A DNA stretch of 64,000 bases from Mustelus asterias (lineage: Eukaryota). The notes under the pieces were generated by a model. It had not been told where the DNA came from. It did no database searches and worked only from the letters and a program-made list of their open reading frames with translations. Shown here one piece after another: positions 49,024 through 61,394 of the stretch (positions are counted from its first letter, which is position 1; every line of letters begins with the position of its first letter). The DNA lies in NCBI RefSeq assembly GCF_964213995.1, contig NC_135828.1, positions 30,380,001-30,444,000 on the forward strand, written 5' to 3'. Position numbers and translations under genes: made by a program.

Positions 49024-51333
49024 CTACATGGGAGTGCTGGGCTTTCATGACTCACCTTCGTCCATAAGGTGGCAGCAGTAGATTGGCTTTAAGTGTATAT
49101 TCTCGCCACCACCTTGCACCAGTATACTGCTGTTCATTACCAATCATGAAAATACAGCGTGTTTCACTGGTGAGATGTGCTGCATCAGTCAACATGCTCA
49201 TTCGGCAGACCCGCGACCTCTGCCAACTGGAAGAACAACTAGAAGGCGTTCCAGATGTTTAATGCAGTCCCACCTTTACGTTCAGCTCAAAGTTCGCACG
49301 CCAATCTATACTTTACCTTTATCGCCTTTCTTTCACTTTCGCGGGTTAAAATGTTAGGCGTCCCTTCCTAACTGCGTTGTTCGACTGCAGGGGTGAAGTG
49401 AGTGGCTCACAACCACGTTCAAAACGATTGCTAGGGAATATAAAACAAAGCTGCTATTGCCAGTTACGCCTACTTCCCATGAATGAATAGAACAAAGTGT
49501 TGCATACTCTATTAAGTCGGACTTAGCGAATTGCCCTCGTTCTCAGATTCATTGACAATGCGACTAGGCCACTGCCTCCCATGTCACGGAAACGCTTCAT
49601 TATCTCCACGAAAAAAAATTGAGAAACGCGGGATTGTTATTTACAGGTTACATCGTTCTATTCAAACCATTTATTGATGGGGGAGATATCTTTATATATA
49701 GCCTTCATATCTTATATTACTGCTTCAGTTACTCTCCACTGTGGAATCGGTTAATGTGGACATAATACAGTGGGAGGTTTTCAGTTTTCCAAGTCAAGGG
49801 AGTTGGAGCCAAAGGCACCTCGGAGACACAGAAACAGCCGGTGCCGCCAAATGACGATGAAGTTACTTCCCTCACTTTAACGAAACAAAAATGAATTAGG
49901 CAGAATTCTCATAACAGCAGCCAGGAGTTACGAGTGATTAGTTAGCTAATCAACGTTTGGCTTTTACTTGAGATACAAAAGTCATTAATTCGATATCTAC
50001 AAAGAGATAAGTTGCTGGAAAATCTCTGAAGAAAAGGCATAACGACTTGAAACGTTAATTTAGTGTCTGTCCACAGATTCTGGCAGACCTGCTGTTTTTT
50101 CAAACATTTTATTTTTTCTTTTTAATTTCAGATTCCCAGTGTCTGCTGTATTTTGCTTTTATTGTCGTCAAATCGTCAGCAAAACACCCAATTGGTGTGC
50201 GTTGTGAAGTCATGCTTGTAAGTCGGTCACAGAGAATGAAACAACAATTTCCTGATTGTCAGTCTGTTGACTCAATATTTTTCTGCATTTTAAGGCCTTT
50301 GCCAAGCTGTGATTCCATCGGCGTAAAATACAATATTATTGAATCTTACTCTTGAATTACTGAATGCACTGAGCTTCCAACTATTCTATTAAGAGATAGA
50401 GGGTGGGTTTTCTTGTTTGGTAGGGATTGTTTTAGGAGAGAGAGAAACAGTGGGAGAGAAAGGGGGCGTGGAATGTTGGGGGCGAGATGGGTGTCCGGGT
50501 ATACGTGTTCACATTACCTCTTGTGAAGTTGTGTTTGCTTCTGTTTCTTCTGATCGAAATTCCCGTGTCCACTTAGACTGAACTCTGTCACCATAGAGAA
50601 AGAAAATGCCTGCGGCAACTCTCAGGCATTTTGACGGTTTATACATCTGAGAGAGACCGCAACATATGGCATTCGCCACTGTGTAACTCTAGCATTTACA
50701 AGCTGCCCTTCGATTGCCTTTTTTCCAGGTCCTCTGGGGGAACAATAGAGGGGGTTAATGAGTGGATGAGGGAGAAATTGGTAAATATGTGTATCAAGTG
50801 GTAGAATCAGTCGGAACAACCAATGCAAAATGAAAGTCTTTGAAGAGGAACGGAACTGTCAGTACATGTGCAGGCGGTCCGGTCTGTGAATCAGACAGGA
50901 AACAGCTCGAATGACAGAATTAGGGTGCGGAGGGTATTTTCAATGAGAGGGTGGATGGGGCTCCTGTTAATCAACCACTGAAAGGGAGAACTACCTCTTA
51001 GGGCGAGCGCGACGGCAGGGTTAGCCATTGGAGTGGGCTTGCGGAACTCGGATTCAGGGAGGGTTCGGCGTCGCTGTTCATCACAGGAAGAGAGGCAGGG
51101 ATGGCAAACGGAGAAGGGGAGGCGGAGCCGAAAATCAGAGCAGAGGATTGGCTATCAATCTCTAAGAGTGTGACTAGGCTTAGCGTACCATTAGATTTTT
51201 TTTCCTGTGAATGAAAATTGTCCCAGTTGCAATAAGTCACTTGGTCAAATCTTACTTAAAGCTGCATGCTCCCTACAAGGCCGGGCAGCGGATTGAAAGT
51301 GGGCTCCTTGGTCAGCAACGCTCCGTCCTGACA

Positions 51334-52560
51334 ATGAGTTCTTGGCTCTTTCTTTGCATATCGCTCGTTGCCTTATTGTTGGGTAAGTAAAGTATACGAC
51401 CACCATCGTATTTAAGCCAGTGACACTTGGAACAAGCAAGTATCATAGATTCCGCAGAGCAAGTCTGTAATTGAGAGAGGTAAATGGTGAAATCGAAGAA
51501 GGAGGCTGTAGTAAGAGAAACAGAGAGAGAACTAAAAGAACATAATTATGCGAAGAAACTAAGATGAAGGGTAGAAACGGAGTGTTGCAGGCATTCTATA
51601 CGTCTGCAGTGACTCAACAATTAGATAAAAAATGTGGACACTTCCCGGATTCGGGAGTGTCTCTTTCTAAACGAAATGATGAGTGAAATATGGTAAGGCC
51701 CAGAAGGCTGGGAAAGAGCAGCGAGAACATGCTTTCAATGGAACTGATGAACTTAACGTTGTTCAGCGCCTCGAAATTGCTCCTCGATTCAATCAAGTGA
51801 CGGACGCCACATTGTTGCTCCATTAGGAAGCCTGTGTTATTAAAATTAAAACCAGAACCAACTATCCAAATCTATCATTTCAAATTCCGAGTTTATTGCC
51901 TTCGTGGATATATTGGTGCTTATTTCACGTTTGTCTAATAGAGCTGCTGCCCGACACGTCCGCGCACGGCCTCGCCAATATACACAATTATATATCTCCA
52001 TCTATTCTGTCCACATAGTCCATCACCTGAGGTAGCTTGCATCATGTAACCCCATTGATTTAAGATGTTACAATCTGTGTGTTGGAGGGATGTGTGTGTG
52101 TGTGTGTTTGGGGGGGGGGGGGCGGCGGGGGTGGGGGGGAGGGTACGGTAAAGATGGGGGTTGGGGGTGGCTGTGGAATGGGAGTGTTCGCAGTGGACTA
52201 TAGAAAGTTGAAGAGCGAATACACCATCTCTCCTAATTTTATTTATTGTTTTCTTTCAAGGGCTCAGCCAGTCTCAGAAGATATTGCAAAGCCTGGAGTC
52301 TGTATCGGTGAAAGAGGGCGTGAATGTGACCATCCCGTGCATTCAACACGGGTCTGATAGTTATATGTACTGGTACCGTCAGCCACTGGGACTGGGCCTC
52401 CTTCATATCCTGCACGCTTACAGAGAAAATGACCCAGTCCGGTCAGACGGGATTACAATCCGGTTCGCGGCTACGAAGGCTGCACACGGCTCCTTTGCTC
52501 TACACATAGGGACAGTGCAACCGAGCGACGCGGCTCGATATTTCTGCGCTTCTAGCGATG
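51334..52560 (+). CDS. TRBV: TCR V segment V4 (leader 51334-51382, V exon 52261-52560), family C, apparently functional
   Basis: MSSWLFLCISLVALLL|GTAAG; TTTCAAG acceptor; IPC...YMYWYRQ...DAARYFCASS. Confidence 0.85.
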
Positions 52561-52599
52561 CACAGCGACTCACTTGGGCTGATTCGCATTGCAAAAACC
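52561..52599 (+). promoter_or_regulatory. 23-RSS of V4
   Basis: CACAGCG-23 nt-GCAAAAACC. Confidence 0.95.
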
Positions 52600-53094
52600 A
52601 ACCACATGTCAGCATGACAGACAGCACCTATAATGATATTACGGTGTCTGTGCTGATAGATATACATTGGAAGACTTATAAATCGACTGCATACACCACG
52701 CCCCCTACAGCTCATCTCCCCCCTCTGTGCCTGTCTTCTCTCTACTTCTCCCTGCCTTTCGCAGTCAGCCTTTCTTTCTGGCCGTCTATCCATTTGAATG
52801 TCTCTCTCTGTCTGCAGAATTCAACTGAATAACACAACAGCCTATCTATTATTGTATTGTGTACAATTTAGTACATAGCTGACCTGATTACAGTTCCTCA
52901 TTTAACATTGTAACAAGATTTAATATGCTCCTGGTCATCTGCTTTCCACCTTTCGTCTTCTTCACTCTGAGCGGAACGAAGTCAGTTTCTGCGGCCTCTC
53001 GGCTGCAATCCAACAGCAATCCGTCATCACTGGCATCAGTGTGCTAAATCGATTCATAACGTCAGTAGCATTAAGCTTTACATTCTTTATAGAA

Positions 53095-53382
53095 TAATAG
53101 AATCCCTACAATGCAGGGGGAGACCATTCGGCCGTTCGAGCCTGCACCGATAATAATGAACCAAGACCCTATCCCTGTAACCCTACGTATGATCCTGCTG
53201 AACGCTCTGACACTAAGGGAACATTTACCGTGGCCAATCAACCTAACTTGGGAGTGTGGAGGTAACCGGAGCACCCGGAGAAACTACATAGATAGAATGT
53301 GCAAACTCCCGACAGATAGTCACCGAGCCCGAAATTGAATTGAACTCGGGTCCCTGGCGCTATGTGGCAGCAGTGCTAACAA
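53095..53382 (-). mobile_element. HE1-type SINE
   Basis: Reverse-complement head and tail. Confidence 0.75.
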
Positions 53383-53504
53383 GCACACAGACATCAGTGC
53401 TAACATGGCTGTGGGTTGGTGAAAAGCACGCGATCACAAGAACGAGCTACGTAGCTGAGGATATGTAACATAGTTAAGACAGAACCATGGACGCTTTCAA
53501 TGGA

Positions 53505-53842
53505 CGGTGGTGAGCATTGCTGCCTCACAGCGCCTGGGACCCAGGTTCTATTCCGGCCTCGGCTCACTGTCTGTGTGGAGTTTGCACGTTGTCCCCGTGT
53601 CTACGTGGTTTTCCTCCGGGTGCTCCGGTTTCCTCCCACACTCCAAAGATGTGCAGGCTCTGTCGGTTGGCCATGCTAAATTGCCCCTCAGTGTCCCCAG
53701 ATGTGAAGGTTGGGGGAATTAGGGAATTAGGGTAAATACGTGAGGTGAGAGGGATAGGGCTGGGTAAGATGCCCTGTCAGAGAGTCAGTGCCAACTCGAT
53801 GGGCCGAATGGTCTCTTTCTGTAATTTAGGATTCTATGATTC
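53505..53842 (+). mobile_element. HE1-type SINE
   Basis: Head and GATTCTATGATTC tail. Confidence 0.8.
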
Positions 53843-54715
53843 TGTGCCACTGCGCCATCCTTGGCCTAATTTACAAACGGAAAATGATTCATCATCGAAG
53901 TCTTCAATATCTCAACAAATGTGTGCACTGTGAAAACGCGAACACCTCCTCAGATATGTTCAGCTCTGAGACAGCTGCTTTCTTATCCGCTTTCGCTACC
54001 TTTGAAAAAAAAGTTTACCTTCTGCTGCAGGCAATGCTCGATGCAGTTTTCACAGAAATTCAGAATTAATGCCAGTGAATAATTGAATCACTGAAGATTA
54101 TTTCAGCACAAATAATAGATGAATTTAAAAGTTAAACATCCACTTTCAACGTAATGGGGACACTACAAACTGAGCTGGAGCAGTTGTCTAAATAGAATGG
54201 GCGGGATTCTCCGGCCGCGTTCACCTCAAAACCGGAGAATCCCACCTGTGGTCAATGGACCGTTTCGTGGTCCGCCCCCCGCCCGCTACACTACCCCTGA
54301 CTCCACCCCATGTCTAAAAGCGCAAGTCAAAGGCTGAGAAATCTGCAGATTCAAACTCCCCTCCGCATTCCGTAAAGCCAGTGCACCATATTTCTAGGCA
54401 CAAGTCAGGAGACATGGTAAATACTCTCCACATGCCTGGATGGGTGCAGGTTCAGCGACACACAAGGAGCTTGACAGTATTCAGGATAAACATCACACCG
54501 CTTGCACCAGCTTCAAAACATATTTCACCGACACCGACGCCCGGTGGCAGCACTGTGTATCTTCTATCAAACGCACTGAGAAGTTTACTACATTTACGTG
54601 ACTGCATCTTGCAAATCCAGGATCTCCACCACCTCCACACTGTGGTATCAGATGTACGGGAACGCCGCCACCTGAAAAGCCCATTGAAGTCACGCATTAT
54701 TCTGATTTGGAACCA

Positions 54716-55012
54716 GGGCATGGTGGTGGCACAATGGTTAGCACTGCTGCTTCACAGCGTCAAGGACCCGGGTTTAATTCCCATTTTGGGGCACTGTCCG
54801 TGCAGATTCTGTACATTCTCCTCATGTCTGGATGGGTTTCCTCCGGGTGCTCGGGTTTCCTCCAACAGCCTGAAAGGCGTACTGATTAGATGCATTGGTC
54901 GTGCTAAATTCTCCCTCAGTGTACCCGAGCAGGCACTGCAGTGTAGGCACCAGGGGATTTTCACAGTAACTTAATTGCATAAGCCTACTCGTGACACTAA
55001 TAAATAAACTTA
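54716..55012 (+). mobile_element. tRNA-derived SINE with an HE1-like head and a different 3' tail, inside an older LINE remnant (about 54330-55200)
   Basis: TGGCACAATGGTTAGC head; ends AATAAATAAACTT rather than with the CR1-like tail. Confidence 0.6.
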
Positions 55013-55379
55013 AAAATATATCGCCGTCCCTTAATCTTCATGAGTTGAAAACCAGGGAACCCGCTTCCTAACAGCAATGTGGGCGCACCTACACCACATG
55101 AGCGCAGAGTTTCAAAAAGACAGAACACCAGTCTCTTCCCGAGAACAATTGGGGTTAGGTAATAATTAGTGGCCGAGCCAGATTCACACATCTCAAAACG
55201 AATAATCGAAGAAAAAACCATTGCCGGCTCGTACACTGCAAATTCAGAGCCCTGTAATATCGAATCCAGGCGATGATTTCAAATCGCACTAGGCAGGAGT
55301 GGAATGTATATAGCATTTAGTCAATAGCATTTTTCAATGGCATTATGATGTCGATAATTGCTTAACTATGAAACTGTGA

Positions 55380-55932
55380 CAGACTGCCGTAAAATAAATT
55401 GCATTCACCGATCACTTTGCTCGATGGAAGTGTGCCACCAATTCTCCCAACAACCTTTGCAGACACACCATAAAAATCATTCTTTCTGGTTGCATCACAG
55501 CTTGGTGTGGCTGCTGCTCTGCCCAAGGCCGCATGAAAGGACAAACGGACGTGAACGAGGCCCAGTCATCATGCAAACCAGCCTCCCATCCATTAACTCT
55601 GCCTACACCTTCCGCTGCCTCGGAAAAGCAGCCGACATAATCAAGGACCCCACGCCCCCCCCCCCCCCCCCCCCCAGACGTATTCTCTTCTACCTTCTTC
55701 CGTATAGAAAAATATACGAAGTCTGAAGTCACGCCCCAACCGACTCAAAAACAGCTTCTTCCCAGCTGCCACCAGACTTTTGAATATCCCTATCTGATAT
55801 TAAGCTGATCTTTCACTACACCCGAGCTTTGGCTGCAGCACTACATTCTGCACACCTTTCCTTCTCTATGAACGGGATGCTTTGTCTGTATAGCGCGATA
55901 CATGTGACAATAATAAATCAAATCAAATCAAA
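55380..55932 (+). mobile_element. Rex1/Babar-like LINE 3' end
   Basis: Degenerate ILSGCITAW motif (about 55480-55510); AATAAATCAAATCAAATCAAA tail. Confidence 0.65.
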
Positions 55933-57158
55933 CCATTATCAAATGGTTCCTCCCACACTTAATCCACAGTAAAGCAGTTGACCATTATCCGGGTTTTGAA
56001 ATGACCTTGGATGAACTCTATTATATTCCAGAAGGCTGTTCACCAGCAGTTCCTTGAGGATGTTTAGATAATATTTCAGTATTTCACAGCGGCCTCCTTC
56101 CAGCGCTCTTCAGCTACCCCGATCTGGAATCCATCGATTTCGTTCCATTGAATGCTCTTACTTTCTCCCCTGAATGAACCCACGCGGTATGCTTGGCATC
56201 ATGGGCATTGCGATTGTCTCTGAATTTCCTCTCGGTTTCAATAAATGGCATACTGATGGCCATCTGATTTGGTCTTTCATATAGAATCATTATCAACCCA
56301 TGCTCTATTGCAATATCCCGGTGTTTATTTTCGAATTGAAACGTACTGTCAATCCATTGAAATAAAAACTTCTTATCGAATGTGCACCCGGCTCCTAATT
56401 GTGCCGTAATAGCATTCCACTTTAAACAGATTCTCCTCAAATAACTCAATTACTTACTTCAACCGTTGATGCTGTATCTGGATTAGCCACTTTCTGACGA
56501 TCCTCTGGGTTGCGGTTAAAATCGCTCGAATTTCTGTCGCGCACCTGCTGAATGATTATATTATCCTGCTGCGCTCTAAGCAGGAGGATCTTTGTATCAG
56601 CAGTGTCTCCACAGCATCAATGCTTCTCAGCAGGAGTACCATTCTGTTAAATATACATCTAACCTCCTAGACATTTAATTTAACAACCAAAGTTCATCTC
56701 TCCACCCTGTTATCTGATGCCTTTTATCCTTGGTATAATTCCATGTTGACTGATCAAATAAAGTCGTGGTTTAAGTGGATAATTCACTCTGATACACCAA
56801 TGTAATATTGAGGGAGCGCTGCATAGTTGGAGAGATATTCCTGAGGAGATAATTAAAACTCTGTTCTGTCCACACTCTCAGTTGGACATAGGATTCCTCT
56901 GGAACAATATTGAGAATAAGAGTTAGGAGCTCGCCTGGACGTCAAAACTCAGATATCCCTCAGACATAATCGCTAACAGCAAATTATCTCTCTCCAGCCG
57001 AAATGCTACTTTTGGGATCTTGCACAAAGCGTTACAATGTTCCATATGATCACTCTTCAAATAAAGAAAAAGAATACCAAAGGTTAGAAAAGGTAATGAT
57101 TGGCCTGAGTTAATCAGATGGGCACCAGGCATGTAGAATATTTCTATTTGCTGAGGCA

Positions 57159-57175
57159 ACTTCCGGCCCTGACGT
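57159..57175 (+). promoter_or_regulatory. V5 promoter Ets (ACTTCCGG) and CRE-like (TGACGT) sites
   Basis: About 70 bp upstream of the leader ATG. Confidence 0.6.
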
Positions 57176-57241
57176 TAAATCCTGGTGACTTGCACTCTCA
57201 ACCTTCAGAGAAAACATAATACCCTCGGATTGCCCTCAACG

Positions 57242-58050
57242 ATGCATCTCAATTTGGTTATATTTGCTCTTCTACCTCTGGCCGCAAGTAAGTTACCTTG
57301 ACTGATTCAAAATGTCATTCTCCCATTTCAGATGGTAAAACGACTTGGTAAACGCCATCCTTTCATGTCCCGGTATGATAATGGCATATGTATAGGGAAC
57401 AATATCTAACCACGGCACTTTAATATAGTCAGCACATATTCTTCTCAAAAGGCGCTAGATATTTTAGTTGCTATAACATTTGTTGATGTAGATATTCACA
57501 ATTTAACTTAACCCTCCAGAATTGGGTTGCGCTTTTACACGGTTATTCATTCTTCCGCTTTTGGCTTGCTGATAGTGCCAGATGTATCGGAATGGGATAC
57601 TTATCCAGGCTGCGTACATTGAAAGATTTGCACGTTGCTGATGCCCGTTTTAAAATCGGTTATTCACCCCAACAATTTGAAAGGAGAGTGAACGTTGTCA
57701 AAAGCACATGATTATTGAAACTGTCGCCTGCTTTTATTCAGAAGGTCAGCTGGCGGATGTGATACATCAGTGGCCGGCTTCGATCACAGTGGAAGTGGGA
57801 CACAAGGCCGAGTTAAATTGTTATCAGAATGACACTACGCATACGAACATGCTCTGGTATCGCCAAATTCCCGGACAAGGTTTCACGCTGATCGGGACTA
57901 GGTTCAGCGACAACGAACCTCAATATCAAGAGGGCTTCCAAAGTGGATTTGAAATCACAAAAACAATGAAGAATAAGATGTCTACACTCAAGCTCCTAAC
58001 CGTTAATCTTGTCGACTCGGCGGAGTACTACTGCGCCGCTCGTGATGGTG
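57242..58050 (+). CDS. TRBV: TCR V segment V5 (leader 57242-57287, V exon 57742-58050), family B, apparently functional
   Basis: MHLNLVIFALLPLAA|GTAAG; CAGAAG tandem acceptor; LNC...MLWYRQ...DSAEYYCAARD. Confidence 0.85.
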
Positions 58051-58089
58051 CACAGTAACATACACTAAACAGAGGCCCGAACAAAAACT
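58051..58089 (+). promoter_or_regulatory. 23-RSS of V5
   Basis: CACAGTA-23 nt-ACAAAAACT. Confidence 0.95.
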
Positions 58090-59344
58090 TCCGTCAAGTC
58101 ACATCGGGTTCGTTGACCCGCCCAAACCCTTCGCTGCGATTGAACTTCTGCTCGTTTTGGCTTTGAAACAGGTTTATCATGGGAAAAAAAAGGAATTAGT
58201 TTCTATCGATCCAGAAAATGGGGGATTAAAGTGAGCAAGAAAATGGGGACATCCATGTAGAGGAAAAAAAAAGAACATCAAAGAAAGAAATATCTGGCGG
58301 AGTTAGCTACAGTAGCGTGAGTTCTCCTGGTGATAAAATCTTGTGCGTTCCCTTAATCTATTTATCTCCTGAAAGCCCGAAAACCTTTCTCAGATTCCTC
58401 TGCAAGACCGCGACTGGGTTGTATTGTCCTTGCTGAGAATGTTAAACTTTTGTCGCAATCACTGTTCTTTGCAACTAAACGGGATTATTGAGGTGTGCGA
58501 CAGACTTGCAAACATAAAAAGAAAAAATACAGATTCAATATAAAGTATTCACTCAGGTTCATTTTTGGGAGCACGAGCGTTTTGGACATATTAAGGGTTT
58601 GATAATTACACTCACGAGCACATGTGGAGATGTATATTTTATGATTGCTCATCTGTATAGATAGATCTGTTTGTGTAGAATCAAGACACAGAGTGAATTT
58701 GCTTTTTTTGACGTTTCAGAACGGCAGAAGTGACGGAAACACGCGTGCTTGAGCAATCGGAAAACAGTCCAGCCTAATCCCTGTTTCTTTGTGGTTCCGA
58801 GGGGGCTGGGGGCAGGGGGGGGGGGAGGGGGGGGGCTTTACCGAGTCAATTACCTTGTTCGTATGACACCAACGAGCAAGGATCCGTCAAATGGCCTCAG
58901 CGCAAAAATGAATACTTCCGGCTATCCGAGTGAGATGCGTTCTGCCCATTGGAAAATACCTCATGTTATTCGGCCGTATTTTTTCAGACACTGATGATCG
59001 ATGCAAAGAGCGCATAAACCCAGACTACCCCGCAAGACTACCACTCACGAGGCAGTGATGCTAGTGCGAGTATGTTTACCTTGTAATTGTACAACAACAT
59101 CGGGAAACCACCCATAGTTTGAACCGCGCAAACCCCGAATCTGGAGGGGACGGTGCACAGGATTACTGCACAACGGTGGAGTGGCCTGGACTTCATTGGA
59201 ACTGGCAGAATATCCGGTCGTGCATTACTGCACCTGCTGCCCTTACATTGACTCACAACATGAGCCAGGTTAAGAAGATTCCTAAGTGTGGCAGGAAAGA
59301 CCTGATCCAGATAAAATCTCTCACTGCCAGATGAAAGTGCTTTT

Positions 59345-59838
59345 TCATAGAATCATAGATACATACTGTGCAGAAAAGGCCCTTCGCTCATCGGGTCTGC
59401 ACCGACACAACAGAAACACCTAATATCCCACCTAATCCCACCTACCAGCATTTGGCTCATAGCTCTGAATGTTATGGCGTGCCAAGTGCTTATGCAGGTA
59501 CTTTTAAAGGGTGTGAGACAACCTGCCTCGAACACCCTCCCAGACAGCGCATTCCAGACTGTCAGCACCCTCCAGGTAAAAAAGAAAGTATTCCCTCACA
59601 TCCCCCCTAACCTCCTGCCCTCAGCTTAACCTCGTGACTGACCCTTCAACTAAGGGGAACAGTTGCTCCATATCCATACTGTCCATGTCTCTCATAATCT
59701 TGTACACCTCCATCAGGTCGTCCCTCTATCTTTTCTGCTCCAACGAAAACACCACAAGTCTACCCAACCTCTCTTCATTACTGAAATGTTCCATCCCAGG
59801 CAGCATCCTGGCGAAGATCCTCTGCACCCTCTCCAGTT
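59345..59838 (-). mobile_element. CR1 3' fragment
   Basis: LTVWNALSGRVFEA; CATAGAATCATAGA tail. Confidence 0.8.
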
Positions 59839-61164
59839 CTCGTTTTCAAGAAGGCCAGTGTGGTTAGAAAAAAAACCTTTCAGCTTTAGAACATTGAATC
59901 ATGTATGCAGGGGCATGCACAGGGGTGATGCCGGAACTGAGTTTGCATATTTATCAAGAAGGCCAGAAAGACCACGACGCTTTTTCTAGAAACTGCTAAA
60001 TGAAACCTGATAGTTGACCTGGGGAGCTCGTTAGGTACAGTCAGGGGTGAATGGTTCAGACTCCCTAGAAAATACTGGTGAACAGAAAAATAAGATAAAA
60101 AGCAACAAAGTTACCAAAGCCACCAAGAACGAAAAAAAAGAATACGCGACAATTTATGCACCGACTCTTTTTCCTTTCAGATTACATACAGCAGAGGGCG
60201 CTTCAGGGCCATGATGTAGAACATGACAGTTTAATCTGAACACAGGAACGGGAGGCCATTCGGCCCCTCAATATATTTGCACACGAACAAGGGGACGCCC
60301 ATTTAGCACCTCGAGCCGGTAACAGAAGCAGAGCCCCTTGTGCCCGTTAAACAGGAATATAATCGGGCCAATCGCTCCCCTCAATCATATTACACAGAAT
60401 AGGAGACTGCCTCGGGTCTCGGCGTCAGCAACAGGAAGAGGCCATTTAGACACCGTCCGAACTAGCTCTCCAGTCAGTGAGATCATGGGTAATTGTGTAT
60501 CCCAACCGTTTCCCACGCCTTGCTTCCATCACCCTTAAAACTCTGAATCACATTAGTTCAACATAAATCGGTTGCTTAATTATGGAATTGAAAACCAGAC
60601 GTTCGGAGCGGTCATTCCTTCCTAATGAACCCATTTGCTTCGCTGATGTTATTTGGGGAAGATAATCTGTTGAAGTACTTTTAAAATCTCGCCTCCATGT
60701 GCTTCTAGGCGCTTTGCAACGAGTTACTACCGCATGAACCAGGGGTTCATTCAATCCCTCGAGCCAGGTGAGCAGTGAAGGGATGAGGGTAATTCACTTT
60801 TCCCTCGCTCATTCGTCAGAATGGATTCTTTGTGACCTCTATGGCTCAGCCATCGTGGGAGGTCATTCAGCCCCTTCAATGCTGTTGCACAGCAAGAGGA
60901 TACCACCCAGAACACAGGCGTTAAGTAGGAGTATCCCGCTCTCCAACTTATTACATTGGAACTGGTTCTAAACCATTCATATTCCTGGAGCCTATTGCAC
61001 ATCATTAGGAACAGCCCTTTCCGTGGTCCACCCATTACTTTCTACCATTCAGTTACATCATGACGGATCTCAAACTTAACTTTTTTCCCCCGTCTCGGTC
61101 CCCTTCCCTTAGCACCTTTAACATTACAAATGTGTTATTCTCATTCTTGAAACTGTAACTGGAC

Positions 61165-61392
61165 CTCATTCTCATGGGTTGGTAAGAGAGAGAGAGAGAA
61201 ATAGAGAACGAGAAAGATAGAACGAGAGAGAGAAAAAGAGAGGGAGATGCACTAAGAGGGGTACGGGTAGAGAGACACAGTGAGAGTTGCAAAGAGAGAG
61301 AGAGATATATATAAGGACACACACACACAGCAAGAAAGAGATACAGAGAGAAAAAAAATAGAGGGGACACGGAGAGAGACACGGGAGATATA
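61165..61392. repeat. (AG)-rich degenerate microsatellite
   Basis: Direct inspection. Confidence 0.85.
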
Positions 61393-61394
61393 TA

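Noticed and set aside
54538-54553. CGGTGGCAGCA as another CTCF site
   Set aside because: Lies within a LINE remnant and is not positioned relative to an RSS.
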